Assembly: GCA_964601275.1 (NCBI GenBank)
Contig: CAZRMV010000001.1
Coordinates: 343,834-407,833, forward strand
Source: an uncultured bacterium
GTDB lineage: Bacteria; Krumholzibacteriota; Krumholzibacteriia; JAJRXK01
Direction: 5' to 3'
Length of the DNA stretch: 64,000 nt
Within the stretch, counting starts at the first letter, position 1. The number at the start of each line of letters is the position of its first letter. The notes beneath the pieces are model-generated. The model saw only the letters and a list, made by a program, of their open reading frames with translations. It was not told where the DNA came from and searched no databases. Below, one piece after another: positions 38,463-47,898 of this stretch. The position numbers and the translations under genes were made by a program.

Positions 38463-40709
38463 GTGTACGATCGTCACCACGATGCGGGGCCCGCATCTCC
38501 GGCCCCCCGTTTCCACCGTCCTTCGCTCCTTCCTCTTCGGTGGCTCCTCGGCCTGTGTGCCCTGATGGTGCTGGCCGCGCCGCTGTGGGCTTCGGCCGCC
38601 TCCTCGCCGGCGGCTTCGCCCTCTTCCTCGGCGGTGGCGACCTCCGGAAGCCTCCACATTCCACAGGCCCCGACCGGTGACGTGGTCGACGACTACTTCG
38701 GGGTGGAGGTGCCCGATCCCTACCGGTGGATGGAAAATCCGGACGATCCCCGCTTGGCGCCCTGGATCGAGGCGGAGAACGCGTTGACCCAGGACTGGCT
38801 GGCCAACGTCGGCGTGCGCGCCGCACTCCGGGAGCGGCTCACCCGCTTGTGGAACTACCCCCGCACCTCCGCGCCGTTCCGCCGGGGCGATCGGATCTTC
38901 TACTTCCACAACGACGGACTGCAGAACCAGTCGGTGCTCTTCGTCCAGGATGGGGGAAGCGAGGAGCCGCGCGTGCTGCTCGACCCCAACACCCTGTCGG
39001 AGGACGGTACCGTCGCGCTGGGTGGACTGGGTCTGAGCGAGGACGGACGCTACCTCGCCTGGTCGACCAGCGATGGGGGTTCGGACTGGCGGACCTGGCG
39101 GATCCGCGACGTCACGACGGGGAAGGACTTCGACGACCTGATCCAATGGAGCAAGTTCAGCGGCGCGTCGTGGACCCACGACGACGCGGGCTTCTACTAC
39201 TCGCGTTACGACGAACCCGCCGAGGGGGAGGAACTCGAGCAGGCCAACTACCACCAGAAGCTCTACTACCACCGCCTGGGCACCCCGCAGAGCGAGGACC
39301 GCCTCATCTACCAGCGGCCGGATCACAAGGACTGGGGCATCAGCGGCTCGGTGACCGAGGACGGCCGCTTCCTGATCCTCGACATCTGGAAGGGCACCGA
39401 CCGCAAGAACGCGGTGTTCTACCAGGATCTGCAGGAGAACGGACCGGTGGTCGAGCTGCTGAAGGACTTCGACGCCAGCTACGGGTTTGTGGGCAATGAC
39501 GGGGAGGTCTTCTACTTCCAGACCGACCTGGACGCCCCGAGGGGCCGGATCATCGCCATCGACATCGGCCATCCCCAGCGGGAGAACTGGAAGGAACTGG
39601 TTCCCGAGCAGGACGACACCCTGGATGGCGTCTCCCTGGTCGGGGACATCTTCTTCGGCCAGTACATGCACGACGCCCAGGACATCGTGCGCCGCTTCTC
39701 CCTGGAGGGGGAGGAGCTCGCGCCGGTCGAGTTGCCCGGCATCGGCAGCATCGGGGGCTTCGGCGGCCGCCGCCAGGACAAGGACTTCTACTACACCTTC
39801 ACCAGCTTCACCGAGCCATCGACCATCTACCACTACGACGTCGCCGGCAACCGGAGCACCTTGTATCGCCGCAGCGAGATCGATTTCGATGCGAGCCCCT
39901 ATGAGACCGTCCAGGTGTTCTGCCGGTCGAAGGACGGCACCCGGGTTCCGATCTTCATCACCGCCCGCAAGGGGGTGAAGCTGGATGGATCCAATCCCTG
40001 CTATCTCTACGGCTACGGGGGCTTCAACATCCCGATGAAACCGCGTTTCTCCACCTCCCGGGCGGTGTGGCTGGAGATGGGGGGTATCTATGCCCAGGCC
40101 GTCCTGCGGGGAGGCGGAGAATACGGCGAGCAATGGCACCAGGCGGGAAGCCTCCTGCAGAAGCAGCACACCTTCGACGACTTCATCGCCGCCGCCGAGT
40201 ACCTGATCGAGAAGGGTTGGACCTCCACCCCGAAGCTGGCCATCGCCGGCGGTTCCAACGGTGGGCTCCTGGTGGGGGCGTGCGAGGTGCAGCGGCCCGA
40301 GCTGTTCGGGGCCTGCCTCCCCGCGGTCGGGGTGCTCGACATGCTGCGCTTCCACCGGTGGACCATCGGCTGGGCCTGGAAGAGCGACTACGGCTCGTCG
40401 GAGGATCCCGAGCAGTTCCAGGTGCTCTACGGGTATTCCCCCTACCACAACATCCATCCGGGAACCCACTACCCGGCGACCTTCATCACCACCGCCGACC
40501 ACGATGACCGGGTCTTTCCCGCCCACAGTTTCAAGTTCGCGGCTCGCCTGCAGGCGGCCCAGGGAGGGGACGCCCCCATTCTCATCCGCATCCAGACCCG
40601 GGCGGGCCACGGGGCGGGAAAGCCTACCACGATGCTCATCGAGGAGGAGGCCGACCGCTGGGCCTTCCTGGTCAAGGCGTTGCAGATCGACACGAAAGGG
40701 GTGTTCTGA
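38463..40709 (+). CDS. prolyl oligopeptidase (S9A family prolyl endopeptidase), secreted
   Basis: GTG at 38463 is preceded by AGGAG with a 5-nt spacer. Signal peptide LLGLCALMVLAAPLWASA. N-terminal propeller domain PYRWMEN; catalytic triad context GGSNGGLLVG (Ser), TADHDDRVFPAHSFKF (Asp) and GHGAGKP (His). Confidence 0.9.
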   Translation: MYDRHHDAGPASPAPRFHRPSLLPLRWLLGLCALMVLAAPLWASAASSPAASPSSSAVATSGSLHIPQAPTGDVVDDYFGVEVPDPYRWMENPDDPRLAPWIEAENALTQDWLANVGVRAALRERLTRLWNYPRTSAPFRRGDRIFYFHNDGLQNQSVLFVQDGGSEEPRVLLDPNTLSEDGTVALGGLGLSEDGRYLAWSTSDGGSDWRTWRIRDVTTGKDFDDLIQWSKFSGASWTHDDAGFYYSRYDEPAEGEELEQANYHQKLYYHRLGTPQSEDRLIYQRPDHKDWGISGSVTEDGRFLILDIWKGTDRKNAVFYQDLQENGPVVELLKDFDASYGFVGNDGEVFYFQTDLDAPRGRIIAIDIGHPQRENWKELVPEQDDTLDGVSLVGDIFFGQYMHDAQDIVRRFSLEGEELAPVELPGIGSIGGFGGRRQDKDFYYTFTSFTEPSTIYHYDVAGNRSTLYRRSEIDFDASPYETVQVFCRSKDGTRVPIFITARKGVKLDGSNPCYLYGYGGFNIPMKPRFSTSRAVWLEMGGIYAQAVLRGGGEYGEQWHQAGSLLQKQHTFDDFIAAAEYLIEKGWTSTPKLAIAGGSNGGLLVGACEVQRPELFGACLPAVGVLDMLRFHRWTIGWAWKSDYGSSEDPEQFQVLYGYSPYHNIHPGTHYPATFITTADHDDRVFPAHSFKFAARLQAAQGGDAPILIRIQTRAGHGAGKPTTMLIEEEADRWAFLVKALQIDTKGVF

Positions 40710-40928
40710 GACCGTACCGACAGCGACCGTTCTCCCCACCGACCCCGGGGCCGAAGCAGCGTGCGGACCCGGCGTGTCGGCCGGGGATCGTGCCAATCCC
40801 CGCGGGAACGGATGCGGAAGCGGAGAAAGTGACTAAGCTGTCCGCATCTATTCCCCCACCGATGGATCGAACCCGGCGCCGTCCGGCCCCGTCGACGGCC
40901 TCCGGCTCCGGCGTCTTCAGGAGGAACC

Positions 40929-41351
40929 TTGCTCTTCTCCAGTTCTTGTGAATACGGAATCCGAGCCCTGACCCACCTCGCAATGCACCGGGAGGATGGC
41001 CCCTGCCTGGTTCGTGAGATCGCCGAGGAAGAGGCGATTCCGCGACATTATCTGGCCAAGATCCTCCAGCAACTGGCGGGACACGGGCTGGTGCGCTCGA
41101 CCAAGGGTCCCGGAGGCGGCTTCGCGCTGGCAAGGGATCCCGAGACGCTCATGGTGAGCGAGATCGTGGATATCCTCGAACCCGGGCGCAATCCCGAGCG
41201 TTGCGTGCTCGGCCTGGACGAATGCAGCGATGAGGCTCCCTGTCCCCTGCATGAGACCTGGAGCTCGTTGCGGGACAATTTCTTCGACCATCTGAGCCGC
41301 ACCACCCTGATCGAGATGGCCAAGGTGCTGCAGGAGAAGCGCTCGCTCTAG
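40929..41351 (+). CDS. Rrf2-family transcriptional regulator with Fe-S-ligand Cys cluster (IscR/NsrR-like)
   Basis: TTG start preceded by AGGAGG. wHTH N-terminus YGIRALTHLA...REIAEEEAIPRHYLAKILQQLAGHGLVRSTKGPGGGFALAR. Cys/His cluster CVLGLDECSDEAPCPLH. Confidence 0.8.
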   Translation: MLFSSSCEYGIRALTHLAMHREDGPCLVREIAEEEAIPRHYLAKILQQLAGHGLVRSTKGPGGGFALARDPETLMVSEIVDILEPGRNPERCVLGLDECSDEAPCPLHETWSSLRDNFFDHLSRTTLIEMAKVLQEKRSL

Positions 41352-41404
41352 GCGACCGGGCCTGCGGTCGGTTTCCGGTCCGGTCGCGGGATCGCCCGGT
41401 GGCG

Positions 41405-42034
41405 TCAAGGGACCGCCAGGAGGCGTCGAGCTCCCCGGTAGTGCTGCCGGAACCACGGTTGATCCAGCGTATCCCGCCGCACCTTCCGGTGGCGGGTGCT
41501 GGCGTGGATGAATCGTCCCTTCCCTTCGTAGATGCCCACGTGGGAGGGAGGGGCGTCCGGCGGGCCGAAGAAGACCAGGTCTCCCGGGGCCAGTTGTCGG
41601 CGGGGGATCGCCGTGCCCTCACCGTACTGGGCGGCACAGGAACGGGGAAGGCGGATGCCGGCCGCGGCGTAGACCTTCAGGACGAGACCGGAACAATCGA
41701 TGCCGGCGCGGTCCTCCCCTCCGTAGCGATAGGGGGTTCCCAGGTACGCGCGGGTGGCCTCCAGGACGGTCGCGCGACGGGATCCGGGAGAAGCCTCCGG
41801 TGGCGGGATCTCGGGGGCGGGATGCGTGGTGGGGGGAGGGGAAGAAACCTCCTTCTCCGCTTTCCCCGCGAAGACCGAGGGACGCGGCGGGGCCGAGCAG
41901 CCCGATCCAGCCATCCATCCCACCCACAGTCCCAGCACGCAGAGGAGCGGGATCGACCGGTCGAAGGCCGATCGCGGTGGTCTCCTTCTCCCGCGTCGTC
42001 TCGGCCGCGGTCGGGTCCGTCGCCGGCGGTGCAT
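41405..42034 (-). CDS. NlpC/P60 (C40) cell-wall peptidase, lipoprotein-like
   Basis: C-terminal 209 aa of ORF 41405..43099; the rest of that ORF is low-complexity antisense of the next gene. GGAGG lies 11 nt upstream of the ATG at 42034. Signal LLCVLGLWVGWMAGSGC. Catalytic Cys in GIDCSGLV; His in PSHVGIYEGKGRFIHAS. Confidence 0.75.
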   Translation of the reverse strand: MHRRRRTRPRPRRRGRRRPPRSAFDRSIPLLCVLGLWVGWMAGSGCSAPPRPSVFAGKAEKEVSSPPPTTHPAPEIPPPEASPGSRRATVLEATRAYLGTPYRYGGEDRAGIDCSGLVLKVYAAAGIRLPRSCAAQYGEGTAIPRRQLAPGDLVFFGPPDAPPSHVGIYEGKGRFIHASTRHRKVRRDTLDQPWFRQHYRGARRLLAVP

Positions 42035-42340
42035 GCTCCGGGAATCCTCCATCGTCCGTTGCTCCCTCGTCGGATCCGGGGGCGTTGCGGCCTTGCCCGT
42101 CCATGGCGGGCTTGCACTTCGCATACCATCGCCGCCGCGTCCGGCCCCGGAGCGGGGGAACCCATCCCGAGCTTGACCTCCGCGGGAAGGGGGAGGAAGA
42201 TGCGGCCCAGCAGGGGAACCCTCGGGCCCCCGGCCGCCCGGCCGGAGATGGTCCCGATCGGGATTTTCTCCCCGGTCCTCGCGCCGCCGTGCTACAATCA
42301 AGGCCCTGGTCCCCCTTGCCTCGACGCGCCGGAGGTTCTC

Positions 42341-43081
42341 GTGCGGCTCCCTTGGTCTTTCTTCCTGCCCGCTTTCGCCGTCCTTGCGCTGGGTGCGCTC
42401 GTCCCGGCGGCGCCGGCCCACGCGGACATGCAGAAGCTGGCCCAGGGGGACTACCAGATGAGCGCGCTTCCCGACGAGGAGACCCCGCCCTGGACCCGTC
42501 TGGGGCACGGCATGGCCATGCTGCTGCCCGACGAGGGCAGCCTGTTCCTCAATGACAACCGGGTGGACGACCGCATCGGGTACCAGGCCCTGCTCGGGCA
42601 GATCGAGGCGGAGAACCGGGTCCGCCTGAGCGCGCGGCTGAAGGTCCTGAGCAACTTCGACGGACGGGGTACGGTGATGGAGATCGCCCGGCCGGGATTG
42701 CAGGTGGCCCTGCACCTCTATCCCACCCGGGTGGAACTGGTCGAACGCGGCGCGGATGGACGATGGCGCTGGCTGGCCGCGGTCTCCTGCGATCTCTTCG
42801 GCTCGTACCACGAGGTCACCCTGGAGAAGGATTCGAGCGAGGCTATCGAGGGGGAGATGATCCGCCTCTGGGTCGATGGAGTCCTGATCGCCGAACGTCA
42901 TCCGCACGCGGACAGCAGCCTGGAGGTCGGACGCTTGCTGATCGGGTCGATGTCCCGTCCTTCCATGGGAGCCAGCATCTGGGACTGGGTCCGCTTCGAC
43001 CTGGACGGCCTGGTCAAGGCCCTGCCCAGCTCGAGCATCAGCCTCGGAACCCTCAAGGCGAAGTTCAGCTCTCGCCCCTGA
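42341..43081 (+). CDS. secreted hypothetical protein (possible concanavalin/LamG-like jelly-roll)
   Basis: GTG at 42341 with GGAGG and a 5-nt spacer upstream. Signal VRLPWSFFLPAFAVLALGALVPAAPAHA. 246 aa. IRLWVDGVLIAERHP resembles LamG-type strands. Weak functional call. Confidence 0.5.
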   Translation: MRLPWSFFLPAFAVLALGALVPAAPAHADMQKLAQGDYQMSALPDEETPPWTRLGHGMAMLLPDEGSLFLNDNRVDDRIGYQALLGQIEAENRVRLSARLKVLSNFDGRGTVMEIARPGLQVALHLYPTRVELVERGADGRWRWLAAVSCDLFGSYHEVTLEKDSSEAIEGEMIRLWVDGVLIAERHPHADSSLEVGRLLIGSMSRPSMGASIWDWVRFDLDGLVKALPSSSISLGTLKAKFSSRP

Positions 43082-45056
43082 TCTTTCCACCGCCCGCATT
43101 CCCAGAGGACGAGGGCCCCGGCGGCGACGTGGGCGTCAACCGGTCTTCGTCCTGCTGGATCCGGCGCTGCAGGCGGCGCCGCTGCTCGGGGGACAGATCG
43201 GACCGGCGCTGCAGGATCCGCAATGCCCGCACCGTCCGACGCCACTGCCCCGCCTCTTCTGCCCGGTAGGCCTGGTTTTCCAGGAAGGAGAAGAACTGGG
43301 GGGCGTGGAGCCGGTCGAGGAACCGCCGGTACTCGTCTTCGGGCAGCTCGCCCCGTTCCTCCAGCAGCCGCGCCTTTCCCTCCGGCGGCAGGGCGTAGAA
43401 GCGGATTTCCGGCCCGGGATGCTCGGCGCTCGGGGAGAAGGTGCGGATCCTTCGCCCGTAGCGCTCCAGGTCGGCGTAGAAGCGGATCTGGCGGGGAAAA
43501 CGGTCGGGTTCGGCCTCGTAGCGTCCGCGCACCGAAGACGAGGTCACCACGTAGTCGTAGGGCAGGTACTGGCGCAGATCGTAGTAGTAGTCGATCAGTT
43601 CCACCCGGACCGCGTTCATCGGGATGGGATCGGCCCGGAAGCGGGGACGGTCCATGAGTTTCGCGCGCTGGGAGGCGGAGAGACGGGCGAAGAAGGGCTG
43701 CTCGCGGGCCAGCTCCTGGCGGTCGGTGGGAACCTGCGGGGTGTAGGCCTCCATGGCCAAGGCGGGGTCGTCCGGGAGGAGTTCATCGAACATCCAGGCC
43801 CGGGCCTGGTTCAGGGTGTCGATCTTCCCCGCGTTGCGGTGGGTGCGCAGCGCTCCCTCGACCGCGGGCAGGAGGACCACCAGGCCCACGAGGGCCAGGG
43901 CCAGAGACGCCAACGGTCGTCCGAGCCGCCCGCCGGTCGCCGTCAGCCTCTCGCGCAGCAACGCGGGCCAGGCGGCCAGCCCCAGGGCCAGCGGCAGGAG
44001 CAGGGGAAGGGCGTAGCGGGGAAAACGGGTGCTCAGCAGCGAGATGCCCACGAGGAAGGGCAGGATGCACGCCACCAGGGCGATCCACGGTCCCCGCAGC
44101 CTCCACGCAGCGAGGACGGCGCCCGCTCCGGCGAGGACCAGGGCGGGCCAGCCCAGGCCCGGTCCCAGGACCTCCCCCAGGTAGTAGCCCAGCCCGACAG
44201 GGGGGCCGGTCTGGCCGAAATGTCCCCGGGTCATGTGCAGGAGCTGGTAGGAGAGGTCGCGCCGGAGCACGCCGAGGTGGACCAGGGTGTAGGGGCTGGC
44301 CACCACGAAGGCCGCCACCATCGCCGCGGTGGCCACCCCGAGGCGCCGGTCGTCCAGACCACCCCAACGCAGGGAACGCCCCTCGCGCCGCCGCCGTTGC
44401 AGATGGACCAGGTAGAGGCTCGGCCAGAAGAGGATCGGGGTGTACTTGCACGCGGTGCCCAGACCGATCGCCATGCCGGCGAGCAGATCGTCGCGCCGGC
44501 GCCCCCGCTGGGAGACGGAAAGGATCGCGACCACCGCCAGGGCCGCCAGCCATGCCATGAGGATGTCGGGAGTCACCCTCTGGGCCTGCCGGATCAGAAG
44601 CGGGGAGACCACCAGGATCGCCCCGCTGAGGAAGCCTCCGGTCAAGGTGTGGCTGAGACGCCCGCCCCAGATCGTGGCCAGCAGGACCACCCCGGCCGAG
44701 GCCAGCACTCCCAGCATCCTCGCCCACAGGAGAATCGGGCGGGGATCGACCGAGTTGTCCACGAGGAAATCGTAGCGGTCGTGGTAGATCCCCTGCAGTC
44801 GACCCACACCGTATTGCAGGTGTTGCCATCCCAGGTGCAGGTAGAAGGACAACGCCGGCCAGCCCGCGGTCTTCGGGTCGAGCTGCAGGTGTCCTTCGTT
44901 CCAGCCCCACAGGTCCAGGGCCTTCTTCATCGGCAGGGCTTCCTCTTCGACCTGCGGAAGACCCCAGTCGAGATGGGGCAGGCGCACGGCCACGGCGGCA
45001 AGGGCCAGCAGGAGACCCAACAGGAGCAGACGGCGGGAGGTGGAAGGAACGATCAT
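43065..45056 (-). CDS. GT-C-fold glycosyltransferase of the PMT_2/ArnT (GT39/GT83-like) family
   Basis: Start MIVPSTSRRLLLLGLL within ORF 43065..45185. First-loop motif EEEALPMKKALDLWGWNEGHLQLDPKTAGWP; ~10 TM helices; C-terminal soluble domain. Confidence 0.7.
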   Translation of the reverse strand: MIVPSTSRRLLLLGLLLALAAVAVRLPHLDWGLPQVEEEALPMKKALDLWGWNEGHLQLDPKTAGWPALSFYLHLGWQHLQYGVGRLQGIYHDRYDFLVDNSVDPRPILLWARMLGVLASAGVVLLATIWGGRLSHTLTGGFLSGAILVVSPLLIRQAQRVTPDILMAWLAALAVVAILSVSQRGRRRDDLLAGMAIGLGTACKYTPILFWPSLYLVHLQRRRREGRSLRWGGLDDRRLGVATAAMVAAFVVASPYTLVHLGVLRRDLSYQLLHMTRGHFGQTGPPVGLGYYLGEVLGPGLGWPALVLAGAGAVLAAWRLRGPWIALVACILPFLVGISLLSTRFPRYALPLLLPLALGLAAWPALLRERLTATGGRLGRPLASLALALVGLVVLLPAVEGALRTHRNAGKIDTLNQARAWMFDELLPDDPALAMEAYTPQVPTDRQELAREQPFFARLSASQRAKLMDRPRFRADPIPMNAVRVELIDYYYDLRQYLPYDYVVTSSSVRGRYEAEPDRFPRQIRFYADLERYGRRIRTFSPSAEHPGPEIRFYALPPEGKARLLEERGELPEDEYRRFLDRLHAPQFFSFLENQAYRAEEAGQWRRTVRALRILQRRSDLSPEQRRRLQRRIQQDEDRLTPTSPPGPSSSGNAGGGKIRGES

Positions 45057-45280
45057 CGCAAGGTCATGGGGTTGGAGAGTTCCCCGTCGTCGGAGGGAAG
45101 GTCCTGGTCGCACCCCGGAGACGGCGGTGCGATCGCCCGGGACTGCTCGACAGCAGCCTCCGGGCGCCTCGACTGTAGCCCGCATCCTCGATGGAGACCA
45201 GGGGTCGACGGGCCCCGATGCGGCCCGGAACAGGTGGTCGAAAACTGGTCAGTCTGTTTGCGGGGAGGTGCACTTTTCCG

Positions 45281-45309
45281 TTGACACCTTCTGCGGCTGC
45301 GTTATGAGT
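45281..45309 (+). promoter_or_regulatory. sigma70-like promoter upstream of the outer-membrane protein gene (-35 TTGACA, 17-nt spacer, -10 TATGAG)
   Basis: Perfect TTGACA at 45281-45286 and TATGAG at 45304-45309 in an otherwise GC-rich region, ~160 nt upstream of the ATG at 45467, which follows a GAGGAG ribosome-binding site. Confidence 0.4.
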
Positions 45310-45380
45310 AGCGCGATCGGTCGGACAGCTTGCCGAGCGCCCGCACGCGCCGGCGGGGAGGCTGTCCTCTAACAAGCGGA

Positions 45381-45419
45381 GTCGAGTCATCATCCGCGTA
45401 GCACAACCGGTGACTCGAC
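45381..45419 (+). promoter_or_regulatory. perfect 9-bp inverted repeat (GTCGAGTCA N21 TGACTCGAC) in the 5' leader of the OMP gene
   Basis: Read directly from the sequence; lies between the predicted promoter and the RBS. Could be an RNA hairpin or a protein operator. Confidence 0.4.
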
Positions 45420-45466
45420 CTACGTGGAAGCGTGTCAACGGCACGTAAACGAGGAGTCAAGCTGAT

Positions 45467-46663
45467 ATGAAGTCTCCTGTCTGGCGCGCACTTGCGCTGT
45501 TTACCCTGGCCATGGTCGTGATGGGGGTGGCGACGAACGCGAACGCCGCTCGTCGATCGGCCCTGGCCGGCAACTACTTCATCGACGACGCGGACGACAT
45601 GTTCGCGTTCCCGCAGCTCTATGGCCAGTACCAGAACATGGCGATCCTGGACTTGGCTCCGAGCAACTTCAGTACGAACATGCAGGGCAACGCCACCCTG
45701 GTCTGGGGCGGAGAGAACCACACCTTCCGCTTCAGCACCGGACGGCAGGACGCCACGGCCCGGACCACCCTGTTCACCTGGGGCGGATTCGACCGCTTCC
45801 CGACCTACGGGACCTTGAGCGGAGGCCTGTTCGCCTCCGCTCCCCAGGCCCGCAACTTCCAGTGGTGGGATCTGGGCTGGGCGACCCGCCTGGGCGACAT
45901 GCCCTTCGGCTTCGCCTTCTCCTGGGTGGCTGACGCGAACAGCTTCGACGATGGGACGAATCCCAAGGATCCGGACAACACCTTCAACAACTACAACTTC
46001 CAGTTGGGTCTGAGCCCCAGCGAGAATCTCGAGCTGGCGGCCGAGATCGGCTTCGGAAGCTTCAGCGACAATGCTGCGGTCGCTCCGGCGAACAACGACT
46101 TCAGCACCGTCAACTTCGATTTCACCGGCCGGGGGCGTGTCGACGACCTCTGGGGGGTCAACTGGCGCTACCTGGCGGGCTTCGCCTACGCGAAGTACAG
46201 CCCGGATGATGCCACCATGGACGATCTCAAGGAGCTGGCCTTCCGGGGCAGCTTTGGACCGGTCTTCGGGAATCCCGGACAGTGGGAGGTCGCGGGATAC
46301 CTGACCTTCGACTACGGCAAGTTCGACGACAACGGGGACGCTGGGGACCCCACCGACGACGTGTCGACGAAGGAGACCACGCTGCCCGGCTACAACCTGG
46401 CGGGGGAGTACTACTTCAACGACTGGTTCGTGGTGCGGACCGGAGTGGTTTCCTCCTACGTCTATCACCAGTTCGAGAACGGAGCGACCACCGACAAGTC
46501 GCGGGAATTCCGGTACACCTGGACCGCCGGCTTCGGAATCGACAAGGACACCTTCGGGGTGGACTTCGCGTTGAACGAGGCGGCGCTGCACTCCGGATAC
46601 TTCCTCAATGGCAGCATCGACAGCGATGCCTTCGCCTATCTCTCGGCCTGGTTCAACTGGTAG
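45467..46663 (+). CDS. outer-membrane beta-barrel protein (porin-like)
   Basis: Signal peptide MKSPVWRALALFTLAMVVMGVATNANA. Alternating aromatic/polar beta-strand pattern, rich in G/N/D/F/Y/W. C-terminal SAWFNW ends in an aromatic residue as in OMP C-terminal signatures. Strong RBS GAGGAG. Confidence 0.6.
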   Translation: MKSPVWRALALFTLAMVVMGVATNANAARRSALAGNYFIDDADDMFAFPQLYGQYQNMAILDLAPSNFSTNMQGNATLVWGGENHTFRFSTGRQDATARTTLFTWGGFDRFPTYGTLSGGLFASAPQARNFQWWDLGWATRLGDMPFGFAFSWVADANSFDDGTNPKDPDNTFNNYNFQLGLSPSENLELAAEIGFGSFSDNAAVAPANNDFSTVNFDFTGRGRVDDLWGVNWRYLAGFAYAKYSPDDATMDDLKELAFRGSFGPVFGNPGQWEVAGYLTFDYGKFDDNGDAGDPTDDVSTKETTLPGYNLAGEYYFNDWFVVRTGVVSSYVYHQFENGATTDKSREFRYTWTAGFGIDKDTFGVDFALNEAALHSGYFLNGSIDSDAFAYLSAWFNW

Positions 46664-46792
46664 CCAGGGCGATCGACTCCTTCCCACCGGGGTTCCCGGG
46701 GGAAGATGAACCGGGAGGGGGAGCCTTGGCTCCCCCTTCTCGATCCAGGGGGTAGGGGTCGGTTGCGCGCCGGCTTTGTCGAGCCCCTCCTG

Positions 46793-47188
46793 ATGCGGCC
46801 TTGGACGGGAGACCCACCGGTGCCGACGAAACCATCGAAACAGCTGGAAACCTTTCCCAATCCCCGTCCCTCCCGGCGCTACGAGATCCGTTTCGAGGCG
46901 CCCGAGTTCACCTGCCTGTGCCCGTTGACCGGCCAGCCTGATTTCGCCACCATCCGCATCCGCTACGTCCCCGACGCCCTCTGCGTCGAACTCAAGTCGC
47001 TCAAGCTCTACTTGTGGAGCTACCGGGACGAAGGAGCGTTCCACGAGGATGTGACCAATCGCATCCTGGATGACCTGGTCCGGGTCCTCGATCCCTGGGA
47101 ACTCACCGTCGAGGGCGATTTCATGGTCCGGGGCGGGATCCATACCGTGGTCGAGGTGCGCCACCACAAGTCCCCGCCCGAGGCCTGA
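46793..47188 (+). CDS. queF: NADPH-dependent 7-cyano-7-deazaguanine reductase (QueF, unimodular type)
   Basis: Start MRPWTG within ORF 46706..47188. QueF motifs [20 protein letters not shown] (catalytic Cys) and the substrate-pocket motif [17 protein letters not shown]. Confidence 0.9.
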   Translation: MRPWTGDPPVPTKPSKQLETFPNPRPSRRYEIRFEAPEFTCLCPLTGQPDFATIRIRYVPDALCVELKSLKLYLWSYRDEGAFHEDVTNRILDDLVRVLDPWELTVEGDFMVRGGIHTVVEVRHHKSPPEA

Positions 47189-47364
47189 GAGGATTCCCGC
47201 GGTCGGTGAGGGCATATTTCCCCTGTATTCGCCGGTTTCGGCGATCTGGTCCCCCCTTGCGGACCTTCCCTGGACTTTCCTCCCGGGCCGCGGAGTTGCC
47301 GCTTGCGGCGAACTCTTCCCCGGTTTAGGCTGGATACGGACGATCCTCTGAGAGGAGGAAAACT

Positions 47365-47850
47365 ATGACAGCCCTGGATCGGCCGGGTCTCGCCCGCCGG
47401 GTCCTTCTGGACGCGGTGCGGGTGAGCAATCTCTTCGACCGACGATGGGGCGCCGTCACCCAGCGCGCGGACATCACCTCTGCCCAGTGGCTTACGCTCG
47501 GTCTGCTGGTGCGGGAGGGGGGCGAGGTGGGATTCTCTCCCACCGAACTCTGCCGTCGGCTCTGCGTCAGCAAGCAGAACATGACGGGGATGATCGGGCG
47601 CCTGGAAGCAAAAGGTCTCATCGAACGCCGCCCGGACTCCCACGATCGACGCTCGTTTCGGGTACTCACCACCGAAGCGGGAACCACCGCGGTTTCGACC
47701 CTGGCGCCCTTTGAGGATGAATTCTTTCTCCGGCACGTCGATGGCCTCGACGAGGAGCAGTTGAGGGAGACCCTTCGGTGTCTCCGGACGGTGCTCGAAC
47801 ATCTCGAGGCTGAAGAGAAGCGGGCCAAGAAGGCCGCGGCCGCTTCCTGA
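47365..47850 (+). CDS. MarR-family transcriptional regulator
   Basis: RBS GAGGAGG before the ATG. wHTH region ITSAQWLTLGLLVREGGEVGFSPTELCRRLCVSKQNMTGMIGRLEAKGLIERRPDSHDRRSFRVLTTEAG. Confidence 0.85.
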   Translation: MTALDRPGLARRVLLDAVRVSNLFDRRWGAVTQRADITSAQWLTLGLLVREGGEVGFSPTELCRRLCVSKQNMTGMIGRLEAKGLIERRPDSHDRRSFRVLTTEAGTTAVSTLAPFEDEFFLRHVDGLDEEQLRETLRCLRTVLEHLEAEEKRAKKAAAAS

Positions 47851-47898
47851 TCCGGGGAGCGGCCCGAGGCCACCGACAACCTTTGCCGCCCACCGCGG

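Noticed and set aside
41399-43081. 560-aa plus-strand ORF and 564-aa minus-strand ORF spanning the same 1.7 kb
   Set aside because: Only the 3' 741 nt of the plus ORF (a secreted protein with its own GGAGG-GTG start) and the 3' 630 nt of the minus ORF (NlpC/P60 with its own GGAGG-ATG start) look like real proteins. The remaining portions are mutual antisense low-complexity sequence.
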